DNA of 64,000 bases, taken from Candidatus Aminicenantes bacterium (GTDB lineage: Bacteria; Acidobacteriota; Aminicenantia; Aminicenantales; JAFGBC01). Where the stretch lies: the NCBI GenBank assembly GCA_963702005.1, contig OY969696.1, forward strand, positions 1 to 64,000, in the 5' to 3' direction. The position numbers and the translations under genes are program-made. Below the pieces are notes generated by a model that was given only the letters and a program-made list of their open reading frames with translations, made no database searches and was not told where the DNA came from. Position 1 is the first letter of the stretch. The number at the start of each line of letters is the position of its first letter. Positions 1-8,991 of this stretch are shown piece by piece.

Positions 1-1
1 C

Positions 2-2419
2 CGGGACTACGTGGTCGTCCTTGAAGCGGGCCAGGAGACGCCCCTGCCCTGGGCCAACGTCATCGCCAACCCCGCGTTCGGGACGGTGGTCACGGCCTCA
101 GGGTCGGCCTACACCTGGTCGGAGAACAGCCGCGAGAACCGCCTCACGCCTTTCGCGAACGACCCCGTGACCGACCCCACGGCCGAGGCGCTCTTCATCC
201 GCGACGATGAGAACGGAGAGACCTGGTCCCCCACGCCGGGCCCGATGCCCCGCACGGGCGGGGACGGTCGCTTCGTCATTCGGCATTCCGCCGGGCTGAC
301 TCGTTTCGCTCGCGCAGCGCACGGCTTGCGCCAAGACCTCGAGATATTCGTAGACGCGAAGGACCCGGTGAAATTCTCGCTGCTCACGCTCAGGAACGAA
401 AGCGGAAGGGCGCGTCGCCTGAGCGTGTTCGCCTACAACGAGTGGGTGCTGGGGCCGCCGTGGGCGGGCCAGGGCACGCACGTAGTGACTGAGCACGACT
501 CCGCGACCGGAGCGGTCCTGGCCAGGAATCCCTACAACCAAGAGTTCGCGGGGCGCGTGGCTTTCGCGCACGCGAGCGAAGGGCTGCGCTCGGCAACGGG
601 AGATCGCTTGTCGTTCCTGGGTCGCAACGGTTCCCTGGCGCAACCGGCGGCGCTCCGCCGTGAAGCCCTGTCGGGCCGCTTCGGAGCGGGGCTCGATCCC
701 TGCGCTGCGCTGCACGTCTCCGTCACTCTAATCCCGGGGGAGACGCGCCTCCTTGTGTTCTTGGTTGGGCAGGGGAAGGATGAGAACGAAGCCCGCGAGC
801 TTCTGGGCCGGCACGGTCGCGTGGACGCCGCGGAAATCGCCCGGGAGGCCGTGCGCCGGAGCTGGGACGGCATCCTCGACACGGTCCAAGTCCGTACGCC
901 GGACGACTCCTTCGACCTGTTGATGAACCGCTGGCTGCTCTATCAGAACGTGAGTTGCCGGCTATGGGCCCGGTCCGCTTATCACCAGCCGGGCGGCGCC
1001 TTTGGGTTCCGCGACCAGCTTCAGGACGTCATGGCTTTGACGCTGGCCCGGCCGGATCTCATCAGAGAACACCTGTTGCGAGCAGCCGGACGGCAATTCC
1101 TCGAAGGCGACGTCCAGCACTGGTGGCACGAGCGGAGCGGCCGGGGCACCCGCACGCGCTGTTCCGACGACCTGTTGTGGCTTCCCTACGCGGTTGCGCA
1201 CTACGTCCGGACGACGGGAGACGCGGGCGTCCTCGAAGAGCCGGCGCCGTTCCTGGAAGCCCCGCCGCTCGCTCCGGAAATACAGGACGCCTACGTTCAG
1301 CCCCGCATCTCGACCGAAAAGAGTCCGATCTTCGAGCATTGCCTGCGCGCCATCGATCGTGGACTGACCGCGGGCGCCCACGGCCTTCCCCTCATGGGGA
1401 GCGGGGACTGGAACGACGGCATGAACCGCGTAGGACGGGAAGGGCGCGGGGAGAGCGCCTGGGTGGGCTTCTTCCTCCACGTGGTCCTGAACGAGTTCGC
1501 GCCGCTCTGCGAAGCTCGGGGGGACCAGGCCCGGGCCGAGCGCTACCGCGGCGAGGCCCGCCGGCTCGGCAGCATTCTGGAGCAGACCTGGGACGGCGAG
1601 TGGTACCGGCGCGGCTATTACGACGACGGCAAGCTTCTGGGCTCGGCCCAGAACGACGAGTGCCGGATCGACTCCATCGCACAGTCCTGGGCGGCGCTCT
1701 CGGGCGCGGTTCCCGTGCGCTACGCGGAACGCGCCATGGACGCCGTCCGCACCCACCTGGTTCGGCGCGGGCCTCAGGTTATACTGCTGCTCACCCCGCC
1801 CTTCGACAAATCCATCCAGGATCCGGGGTACATCAAGGGCTACCCGCCCGGCGTGCGCGAGAACGGCGGCCAATACACCCACGGAGCTCTCTGGGTCGTC
1901 ATGGCCATGGCCCGGCTGGGCAGCGGCGACGAGGCGGTGGAGCTCTTCCACATGCTCAATCCCGTCAACCATACCAGGACCGCGGACGGTGTCGGGCGCT
2001 ACATGGCCGAGCCCTACGCCATCGCCGGAGACGTCCACGCCGATCCGGCACACGCCGGGCGCGGCGGCTGGACGTGGTACACCGGCTCCGCGGGCTTGAT
2101 GTACCGCGCGGGCCTCGAGAGCATCCTCGGGCTCCGGCGCCGGGGCTCGACCTTCGAGATGGACCCCTGCATCCCCTCATCCTGGCCCGACTACGCGATC
2201 GTCTGGCGTTTCGGCCGGACCCGCTACGAGATCGCGGTCTCGAACCCGGAGCGCCGCTGCCGAGGGATCGCGGAGGCCGAACTGGACGGAGCGCCGGTCG
2301 ATCCCCTATCCATCCCTCTCGCCGATGACGGCGGCACGCACCGAGTCCGGCTGGTGCTGGGAGACCGGAAGCTGCCCGTCCCTCCCGTTGCCGACCCGGG
2401 CGCCGTCGCTTCCGCTTGA
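2..2419 (+). CDS. GH94 glycoside phosphorylase domains (C-terminal part of a cyclic beta-1,2-glucan synthase/NdvB-like protein), 5'-partial
   Basis: Frame is open from the window start. Motifs [50 protein letters not shown] and WYTGSAG are typical of GH94. Confidence 0.9.
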   Translation, partial: RDYVVVLEAGQETPLPWANVIANPAFGTVVTASGSAYTWSENSRENRLTPFANDPVTDPTAEALFIRDDENGETWSPTPGPMPRTGGDGRFVIRHSAGLTRFARAAHGLRQDLEIFVDAKDPVKFSLLTLRNESGRARRLSVFAYNEWVLGPPWAGQGTHVVTEHDSATGAVLARNPYNQEFAGRVAFAHASEGLRSATGDRLSFLGRNGSLAQPAALRREALSGRFGAGLDPCAALHVSVTLIPGETRLLVFLVGQGKDENEARELLGRHGRVDAAEIAREAVRRSWDGILDTVQVRTPDDSFDLLMNRWLLYQNVSCRLWARSAYHQPGGAFGFRDQLQDVMALTLARPDLIREHLLRAAGRQFLEGDVQHWWHERSGRGTRTRCSDDLLWLPYAVAHYVRTTGDAGVLEEPAPFLEAPPLAPEIQDAYVQPRISTEKSPIFEHCLRAIDRGLTAGAHGLPLMGSGDWNDGMNRVGREGRGESAWVGFFLHVVLNEFAPLCEARGDQARAERYRGEARRLGSILEQTWDGEWYRRGYYDDGKLLGSAQNDECRIDSIAQSWAALSGAVPVRYAERAMDAVRTHLVRRGPQVILLLTPPFDKSIQDPGYIKGYPPGVRENGGQYTHGALWVVMAMARLGSGDEAVELFHMLNPVNHTRTADGVGRYMAEPYAIAGDVHADPAHAGRGGWTWYTGSAGLMYRAGLESILGLRRRGSTFEMDPCIPSSWPDYAIVWRFGRTRYEIAVSNPERRCRGIAEAELDGAPVDPLSIPLADDGGTHRVRLVLGDRKLPVPPVADPGAVASA

Positions 2420-2536
2420 ACCTTTGGATCCGGAGTCCAAGGGTCAGGCTTTTCAACTGACTCTTGAAATGGCGATTTCTATAGGCGTGGCGATCTGCTC
2501 TGCACTAGGTGTGGCCACTTGTAGTTCAGACCGCCG
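2420..2536. repeat. 117-bp direct repeat, copy 1 (tRNA-Arg anticodon arm plus att-arm-like segment)
   Basis: Identical by eye to 3589-3705 (acctttggatccggagtccaa...gttcagaccgccg). Confidence 0.9.
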
Positions 2537-2778
2537 TCAAGGAAAGCTGGCGGATGACCCGGGGTCATGCCGGGAGCATCTTCCTCATGGGGCTTCTCTG
2601 CGTGCCCATTTTTATTGCGGGCCTCCTTTGCTTCGGAGTGGGCGTCATCCCGACGATCATCTGGATAAGCTCTGGCTTCGCCGCGATGTATTTCGCCGTG
2701 AGCCAGGGTGAAGCCTCCCAGGCTGCGGCGCCTCCAGCTCCGGCGCCGGACGCCGCCGACTCGCGGGCCAGCGGCTGA
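2537..2778 (+). pseudogene. 3' fragment of an integral membrane protein gene
   Basis: AVKESWRMTRGH...GLLCFGVGVIP...AAMY resembles the C-terminal half of a polytopic membrane protein. It starts abruptly at the repeat end. Confidence 0.55.
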
Positions 2779-2796
2779 GTCCGGCGTTATCCGGAG

Positions 2797-2819
2797 TGGC
2801 GTGCCTGAGAGGATTCGAA
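2797..2819 (-). pseudogene. tRNA-Arg 3'-end fragment (T-loop to CCA), att-like
   Basis: Minus strand ttcgaatcctctcaggcacgcca matches the 3' end of the 3560-3609 fragment. Confidence 0.75.
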
Positions 2820-2820
2820 T

Positions 2821-3309
2821 TTATTTGCTCTTCTTCATTAGTAATCCTGCAAAGATGCCGAACAGCAACCCAACCATCGCGCCTAGCATTCCTCCGATAA
2901 ATCCCATGTAAGCAAACACATTAAACAGCATTGCGGGGATGCGTCCCGTGAAGTGAGGGATCCCCCATAGTTCCATGCTGACGTAAAAGATTTCACCCAA
3001 GAGGGCAAGCATGAGTCCCCCAAAAATCACCCCGAGTATCATCCCTTTAAGCATCATTAGGAAAAAATTGAGCTTCCCTGAGATGATCAGCCTGGCCATA
3101 TAGCTGAACGCGAACCAGCCGAGAATTGCCCCGCCGATCGCAAGCAAAACGGGGAAAAGTTGTCGGGAAATCCCTGAAAAGGCGGGGCTGGTATCTTTAT
3201 TAAGAATGGTAATGAATGTGAAAAATATCCCCAAACCGCTCCCTGCCACCGCACCAACCCATTTGCCGGTCCTAATGATCAGACTCTTTCTTTCCTGCTG
3301 TGTTTTCAT
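2821..3309 (-). CDS. hypothetical membrane protein (about 4 TM, Gly-rich helices)
   Basis: 162-aa hydrophobic ORF with an AGGAGG RBS. The stop codon abuts the tRNA fragment. Confidence 0.75.
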   Translation of the reverse strand: MKTQQERKSLIIRTGKWVGAVAGSGLGIFFTFITILNKDTSPAFSGISRQLFPVLLAIGGAILGWFAFSYMARLIISGKLNFFLMMLKGMILGVIFGGLMLALLGEIFYVSMELWGIPHFTGRIPAMLFNVFAYMGFIGGMLGAMVGLLFGIFAGLLMKKSK

Positions 3310-3559
3310 TTTTTCAGTCCCTCCTTAAAACTAAATAATGTGATGGCGCCCCCGCCGAGCCCCTCCCCGACGAAGAACAGCAAGAGGATAAAGAATAGCC
3401 CCAGGATGATGGCCGATACCATTCCTAGCCTTTGCGACCCCTATTCCAAGCTTACACCCAATATGAGGCACATCTTCCCGCCCGTCAAGTGGCGCAAGAG
3501 TCTAAGGAAGGCTTCCCCCATAAGTTGAGGGTTTGCCTGGAGCCACGGGGGGAATTAGG

Positions 3560-3609
3560 TGGCGTGCCTGAGAGGATTCGAACCTCCGACCTTTGGATCC
3601 GGAGTCCAA
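3560..3609 (-). pseudogene. tRNA-Arg(CCG) 3' fragment (anticodon stem through CCA), att-like
   Basis: Minus strand ttgga-ctCCGga-tccaa anticodon arm, then aggtc, ggagg-ttcgaat-cctct T arm and caggcacgCCA. D arm and 5' acceptor strand are absent. Confidence 0.85.
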
Positions 3610-3705
3610 GGGTCAGGCTTTTCAACTGACTCTTGAAATGGCGATTTCTATAGGCGTGGCGATCTGCTCTGCACTAGGTGTGGCCACTTGTAGTTCAGAC
3701 CGCCG
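3589..3705. repeat. 117-bp direct repeat, copy 2
   Basis: Matches 2420-2536. Confidence 0.9.
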
Positions 3706-3973
3706 GCTTGGTTTCCGGCAGGTCCTCGCCCGCTTTCTTGATGTATCTCCGGCCTTCCTCGTAGATGTCAAAATCCTCTTTCCTGTCCAGGCACACTTTT
3801 TTCCTCTGTCCATCGTCGGTCCGGAAGATTACAAGGTATGCGTGCTTGGTGAGAGTCCAGGTCTTCTTAGCCTCGACGGTCCCCGACCATTCCTTGCGGC
3901 GATCCCTTTTTCTCCTAACCCAGGGTAAGAAAACGAACCAGTCACCCAGGAGTTCAAGTATAAAATCAATCAT
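3695..3973 (-). CDS. small hypothetical protein with N-terminal hydrophobic segment and beta-rich basic domain
   Basis: 92-aa ORF with a GAAGGAGG RBS, directly downstream of 4001-4450. Confidence 0.7.
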   Translation of the reverse strand: MIDFILELLGDWFVFLPWVRRKRDRRKEWSGTVEAKKTWTLTKHAYLVIFRTDDGQRKKVCLDRKEDFDIYEEGRRYIKKAGEDLPETKPAV

Positions 3974-4000
3974 TTCGAACCCTCCTTCTCATCCGGCCCC

Positions 4001-4450
4001 TCACCAGTCTCGGGGCAGGGCCAATTGCCTATACTTGTTCCCTGCTTTAATTGCCAGAATTGCGGCGATCAGGTTCGCCCCAGCACATACCAACATCAAG
4101 ATCGCCTCTGCAGAAAATCCTTCATATTCATCCAGATAATAGACGGCACCGTTGAACACCATGAAGTCATGAAAAAGTACAAGGCCTGCAGCAAGATAGA
4201 GGAGTCCGGTGATAACTCCGCTGATAATCCTGCCACCGAGCTGGCTTAGAATGACACACACCAATAAGACAACCGCTGCCGCCAACAGGTATTTGAAAAA
4301 CATCCTCGAAGAATCAGCGGCGCCGTCTTTAATGGCCTCCGGATGCATATCAAGCCGGGGCACGAACAACACGGCCCATAAGGCGGTCACAACGATGACG
4401 ATCGCCGCTGCGATGTATACCGACCTTTGGCTGGGAATAGTCTTGGCCAT
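4001..4450 (-). CDS. hypothetical membrane protein (about 4 TM)
   Basis: 149-aa hydrophobic ORF with a GAGGAGG RBS. Confidence 0.75.
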   Translation of the reverse strand: MAKTIPSQRSVYIAAAIVIVVTALWAVLFVPRLDMHPEAIKDGAADSSRMFFKYLLAAAVVLLVCVILSQLGGRIISGVITGLLYLAAGLVLFHDFMVFNGAVYYLDEYEGFSAEAILMLVCAGANLIAAILAIKAGNKYRQLALPRDW

Positions 4451-4529
4451 CTCAGACCCCTCCTCTCTCGCTAATTAGCAGTATAAATCAGAATGGACAG
4501 GAAATTAAGAAAACAAATGGGGGGGAACA

Positions 4530-4574
4530 TGGCGTGTCTGAGAGGATTCGAACCTCCGACCTTTGGATCCGGAG
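4530..4574 (-). pseudogene. tRNA-Arg(CCG) 3' fragment (anticodon loop through CCA), att-like
   Basis: Matches 3560-3604 with one mismatch (gtgtctg vs gtgcctg). Confidence 0.8.
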
Positions 4575-5210
4575 GGCGATGGTCTTCCTTTCGATGAAAT
4601 TCGTTGACACGATGAAACCGTCGCCCTTTGGCTTCCGGGTGACGGCCAATTCCCCATCGGCGCCGAAACCGAGGACGCAGGCGTCGCCCGTCGCGTCCGC
4701 GAGCAGGTACTGCCCGGCGAACTTCCCGCTGTAGATCGTGCCCCAATCATAGGAGCGGGCCATGGCGATCGCTTCCTCGACCGTGGCGCATTTCCGCAAG
4801 ATGATCTTGTTGACGATCGCCTCCGAGGGCTGGATCCTTTCGGGGTATGTCTTGATGGGAATGTAGGGGAGCGCGTTCCCATCAAAGGCGAGCCCTTTTT
4901 CGTTGATCCCGCCTTGAGGTCCGAGGTCGTCGAAACCGACGCAGAGGACGCCGTATTTCCCGTCGCCGACCGGTTCGACCCAGACATAGGTCAGGGGGTT
5001 CCTCCAGTCCTCGTTATTGCCGAAGAACACGGATTCCTCCTTGGCCACGCTGAAGATCGTGCAGGAGCCGGGCATGGAGAGGTTACGGCGGAGGTCCCGA
5101 ACCTCAAACGGATAAGGTCTCGTCAGGAGGAAAGCAGAAGATCCGACGATCGCCACCCCCCCCAGGATCGACGCAAGCCAATGAGCGCGTGAACGCGGAT
5201 CGAAGAGCAT
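4575..5210 (-). pseudogene. C45/choloylglycine-hydrolase-type Ntn hydrolase, 3'-truncated
   Basis: SCTIF nucleophile motif, FGNNEDW, GGINEKGL, TVEEA, YLLADATG and STNF. Shortly after STNF the frame runs into the tRNA fragment. Confidence 0.7.
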
Positions 5211-5253
5211 ACCCTCCCTCCGCCAGGAGACCGGGATTTCAATGATCTCTATA

Positions 5254-5584
5254 AATTATAGGATTTTGCTTTTTCCGCGGCGTGTGGAATAGCCGCTCGG
5301 CACGATAATTCTCCGCTCCTAACCATGGTGGAAATATACCGCCGACCTCGCTGGGATGTCAACAACCTCTCACCACGGCACCGAAGAGCCTATTAAGGCG
5401 AAAAGCCTTCCCGCGCCGGCCAAATGACGACAGAGTTCCGCTCCCGAAGATAAGCCAATGATCATAAATAGTCCACGTTCTCTTCGGCCGCACTCATGGA
5501 GACGCTAACACGTTTCCATGAGTACGGGCCGAAGCGGCCGCCAGGAGCGCTGCCTGCTCGAAGACATAGGACGGCGGCGGCTTG
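5254..5584 (-). mobile_element. IS91/ISCR-like oriIS end remnant, copy 1 (331 bp)
   Basis: Direct repeat of 8482-8812 with 3 substitutions seen. The minus strand ends ...AAAGCAAAATCCTATA, similar to the IS91/ISCR oriIS terminus, and encodes a transposase-like tail KPPPSYVFEQ. Confidence 0.7.
5333..5362 (-). promoter_or_regulatory. sigma70-type outward-facing promoter in repeat copy 1
   Basis: TTGACA-18 bp-TATATT, conserved in all three copies. Confidence 0.6.
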
Positions 5585-6081
5585 GCAACGTCGAGACGGC
5601 GCCGGGCCTGGCGACGGCCCGCGAGCGGGGCCTCGAGGCGCTCTGGCTGAATCCCAAGTCGTATGCCACCCGCGAGGACTACGACACGGCCCTGTTGGCC
5701 GAGGTTCAAAAGCGGGACGTCGACCTCATCTGCCTGGCCGGCTACATGAAGATCGTGACCCCCCTCCTCTGCCGGGCCTTCGTCCACCGGATCATGAACA
5801 TCCACCCCGCCCTCCTCCCCGCCTTTCCCGGACTCCACGTCCAGCAGAAAGCCGTCGAGTGGGGCGTCCGCTATTCGGGGGCGACGGTCCACTTCGTTGC
5901 CGAAGAAGTCGACATGGGGCCGATCATCCTGCAGGCCGTCGTGCCCGTCCTCCAGGACGACGGCGAGGAGACCCTGATCGCGCGCATCCTCGAGCAGGAG
6001 CACAAGATCTACCCCGAGGCCGTCCGGCTCTTTTTCGAGGGACGGATCGAGGTCCGCGGCCGCCGCGTCTTCATTCGTTGA
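5585..6081 (+). pseudogene. purN: phosphoribosylglycinamide formyltransferase, 5'-truncated
   Basis: LAGYMKI, NIHPALLPAFPG, GATVHFV, DMGPII and EQEHKIYP are present. The N-terminal SGxGSN loop is missing and replaced by repeat-derived sequence. Confidence 0.8.
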
Positions 6082-8425
6082 TGATGGAAAAAACTCCGTC
6101 ACTCAAGTCATAGGGAATCCCGTCTGAGGCCTCCCTTATCCTAATCAGGCAGCGGGCCGACGGGGAATCGGGAACGACCCACGCATAAGAGCCCGCGTTC
6201 TTTGTTGAACGAATAATCGTCCTAAAGGCCGTTCCTCCGTCCGTTGAATAGGAAATCCACACGTTTCCGACTTTCCCGGCCGTTTTCCACTGTATGGTCT
6301 GCCGGGAGCCGACTTTCCAGCGCTCTCCTCCCCCGGGCGAAATCACCTGAATCAAAGGAGTCGGGGGATTTTCCATCAGTTTGGTCAAGAAGACATTGAA
6401 GGCCCCGCTGTTTTGACTCCTGAACGGATGTTTTATTGGAAAATCCGAAGAACATGTAGTCCCCGTTATATAGGCCGCCCCATTCCCGTCAATAACAATT
6501 CCATGCGCTTCGTCAGATAAGCTGCCTCCCAGATAGGTGGAAAATGCGAGCGTCTCTCCATCGGGCATGAACTTTGTAATAAACGCATTGAATCTCATGG
6601 CTTTGAGTTTGCCCTGGAAGGGATTCTTCACCGGAAAATTTGAGGACCTCGTGTATCCCGCAACATAAGCGCATCCCATATCGTCGACGGCGATGCCCCC
6701 GCCGTAATTTTCTTTCGTCCCGCCCAAATACGTGGAATAGACGAGGGCCGTTCCCGCCGGCGAAATTTTCGTTACAAAAACATCCCCATATTTGTATCTG
6801 CGCTTCTTCTGGAACGGGTTCTTGAGAGGAAAGTCCAAGGACGTTGTTTCTCCTGTCACGTAAGCGGCGCCGCTTCCGTCCACTGCGATAGACTTGCTCC
6901 ATTCCCACTCGCCGCTGCCGCCGAGGTAGCTGGAATAAGAGAGCGATTTTCCCGACGGTGACAGCTTGGTCACAAAGACATCAGACCGGCCCTTGAGCGT
7001 CTTTTGAAACGGGTTCTTTAGAGGAAAATCTGAAGAGAACGTGTTCCCCGTTACATAAGCGCTGCCGGCGCTATCTACGGCAATTTTAATGCCGCTTTCA
7101 CTATCGTCGCCCCCAAGATAAGTGGAATAAATGCGGGAATTTCCATCCGGAGCGAACTTGGCTACATAGGCATCACTTTTACCACGAGCGGTTTTTTGAA
7201 AAGGATTTTTTAGGCGGAAATCCGGAGAAGATGTACCCCCGGTGACATAAACGCCGCTCGTGTCAACGGCGATTCCATTCCCGCTATCAGTACTGCTTCC
7301 GCCGAGGTAAGTGGAAAAAACGAGATTATTGCCGGCGGAGGTTAGTTTGAAAAGAAAAGCGTCATTTTCTCCCCTGAGTGCTCGCTGCAATGGATTTTTC
7401 AACGGGAAATCCAGGGAATTCGTGCTGCCGATCACATAGGCGCATCCGTTTCCGTCCACGGCGATATCCCAGGCCATATCAGTACCCCCGTTTCCTCTTT
7501 CACTCCCGCCAATATAGGTCGAATAAACGAGGGAACTCCCTCCGGGCTTGAATTTGGTGATAAAAACATCTTCATATCCTTTATTCTCGGCCTGGATGGG
7601 ATTTTTCAGCGGGAAATCCAAGGACGTCGTTTCGCCGACCACATAGGCGGCCCCAGTGCCGTCAACGGCGACCCCACGACCGATGTCTTGACTTTCCCCT
7701 CCAAGGTAGGTGGAGTGCATCAGGACAACCGGATCTATAATCAGCTCGAGGCTTTTATCATAGTCAGCCGCATAAAAACCCCAGGTATTTTGGCCGATTT
7801 CCTTGAATTGGACTTCGACGGGTTTTTTCATCTGAAAACTCAAGGGTTTCTTGTGGACAAGCTCCCCGAATCGGGTTTCGACAAGGAGATTCCCTTCTTC
7901 ATCAATTTCCGTACTCTTGATATCCTTGTATTCAAATCGGATATCCTCGACATGAGCGCCGGGTTTTACCACCCAATCATATTCGATCTGCTTCTCGATG
8001 CCATAGACCTTGAGATCGATCCCGGGATAGAGGTTTTTATAAAGTATTGCGAGCGACGTCGAGATGTCTTTTTTCCATTTCGCGGGGTCATCGCCGATGA
8101 AATAGTTGGCAAGGTGTTCCGTCGGCTTCAGCGAAAGGACTTCCGGATTTTTATTGGCGTTCAGGAAGATCAGCTTGGAAACGTCTCTTTTTGAATTGGC
8201 TGTCGAATCAAACACCAGCCCGTTTTTCGTCATCCAAAGGGTGTAGCGCGATGTCTTCGCATAGAACAGAGCCCGTTCATCCGCCTGCCCCTTGTTAGGG
8301 ACGAAATACAGCGGGACTTTTCCATAATCCGGAGAGATCGTCGGCCTTTCCGCGGATCGGATATCGGGCGGCCTCTGGAGGGGGAGGAGCAGAAATAAGC
8401 CTAACGTATAAATTGATTTTTTCAT
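6071..8425 (-). CDS. secreted SBBP beta-propeller repeat protein with C-terminal Ig-like domain
   Basis: Signal-like MKKSIY start, FVPNKGQ, LIIDP, repeated YSTYLGG / IAVDxxGxAYVTGxTxSxDFP units, C-terminal SPGGGERWKVGS...GSYAWVVP. Confidence 0.88.
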   Translation of the reverse strand: MKKSIYTLGLFLLLPLQRPPDIRSAERPTISPDYGKVPLYFVPNKGQADERALFYAKTSRYTLWMTKNGLVFDSTANSKRDVSKLIFLNANKNPEVLSLKPTEHLANYFIGDDPAKWKKDISTSLAILYKNLYPGIDLKVYGIEKQIEYDWVVKPGAHVEDIRFEYKDIKSTEIDEEGNLLVETRFGELVHKKPLSFQMKKPVEVQFKEIGQNTWGFYAADYDKSLELIIDPVVLMHSTYLGGESQDIGRGVAVDGTGAAYVVGETTSLDFPLKNPIQAENKGYEDVFITKFKPGGSSLVYSTYIGGSERGNGGTDMAWDIAVDGNGCAYVIGSTNSLDFPLKNPLQRALRGENDAFLFKLTSAGNNLVFSTYLGGSSTDSGNGIAVDTSGVYVTGGTSSPDFRLKNPFQKTARGKSDAYVAKFAPDGNSRIYSTYLGGDDSESGIKIAVDSAGSAYVTGNTFSSDFPLKNPFQKTLKGRSDVFVTKLSPSGKSLSYSSYLGGSGEWEWSKSIAVDGSGAAYVTGETTSLDFPLKNPFQKKRRYKYGDVFVTKISPAGTALVYSTYLGGTKENYGGGIAVDDMGCAYVAGYTRSSNFPVKNPFQGKLKAMRFNAFITKFMPDGETLAFSTYLGGSLSDEAHGIVIDGNGAAYITGTTCSSDFPIKHPFRSQNSGAFNVFLTKLMENPPTPLIQVISPGGGERWKVGSRQTIQWKTAGKVGNVWISYSTDGGTAFRTIIRSTKNAGSYAWVVPDSPSARCLIRIREASDGIPYDLSDGVFSIINE

Positions 8426-8481
8426 CCCGCTTCCTTGTTGATGAGTCTCTGGAGCTTCGATCCGACCCCGACCCAAACCAG

Positions 8482-8902
8482 AATTATAGGATTTTGCTTT
8501 TTCCGCGGCGTGTGGAATAGCCGCTCGGCACGATAATTCTCCGCTCCAAACCATGGTGGAAATATACCGCCGACCTCGCTGGGATGTCAACAACCTCTCA
8601 CCACGGCACCGAAGAGCCTATTAAGGCAAAAAGCCTTCCCGCGCCGGCCAAATGACGACAGAGTTCCGCTCCCGAAGATAAGCCAATGATCATAAATAGT
8701 CCACGTTCTCTTCGGCCGCACTCATGGAGACGCTAACACGTTTCCATGAGTACAGGCCGAAGCGGCCGCCAGGAGCGCTGCCTGCTCGAAGACATAGGAC
8801 GGCGGCGGCTTGTCTGCGACAAACGTCAATCCGAGGTGATCGATGATCCTGTCCACCACGGAGTAATCAGTGATGAAGGCGACGACCTTCATCATCTCGC
8901 CT
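8482..8902 (-). mobile_element. IS91/ISCR-like remnant, copy 2: transposase C-terminal fragment plus oriIS end
   Basis: Minus strand encodes GEMMKVVAFITDYSVVDRIIDHLGLTFVADKPPP, resembling the C-terminus of IS91-family (Y2) transposases, followed by the 331-bp repeat. Confidence 0.7.
8561..8590 (-). promoter_or_regulatory. outward-facing promoter in repeat copy 2
   Basis: TTGACA-18 bp-TATATT pointing into the SBBP gene. Confidence 0.6.
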
Positions 8903-8991
8903 ATACGGAGCTAAACTATCCTCCTTTTTGCGCGGATTTCAATATCTTCGTCATGAACTTAATTATTTGCGTCCGAAGATGTCCGGTCTTA

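Noticed and set aside
3310-3559. Small ORFs between the tRNA fragments
   Set aside because: No convincing RBS or motif. A decayed membrane-gene scrap is possible but not supportable.
2420-4574. CRISPR array or intact tRNA-Arg genes
   Set aside because: The repeats vary in length, are hundreds of bases apart and are tRNA-derived. None has a D arm or 5' acceptor strand, and no cas genes are present.
5581-5584. CTTG at the repeat/purN junction as an IS91 cleavage tetranucleotide
   Set aside because: It is a single 4-mer, and the ori flanks here are ATT(T/C) rather than the IS91 target. Likely chance.
8426-8593. N-terminal extension of the SBBP ORF in the ORF track
   Set aside because: It is read through the non-coding repeat. 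The signal-peptide start is at 8425.
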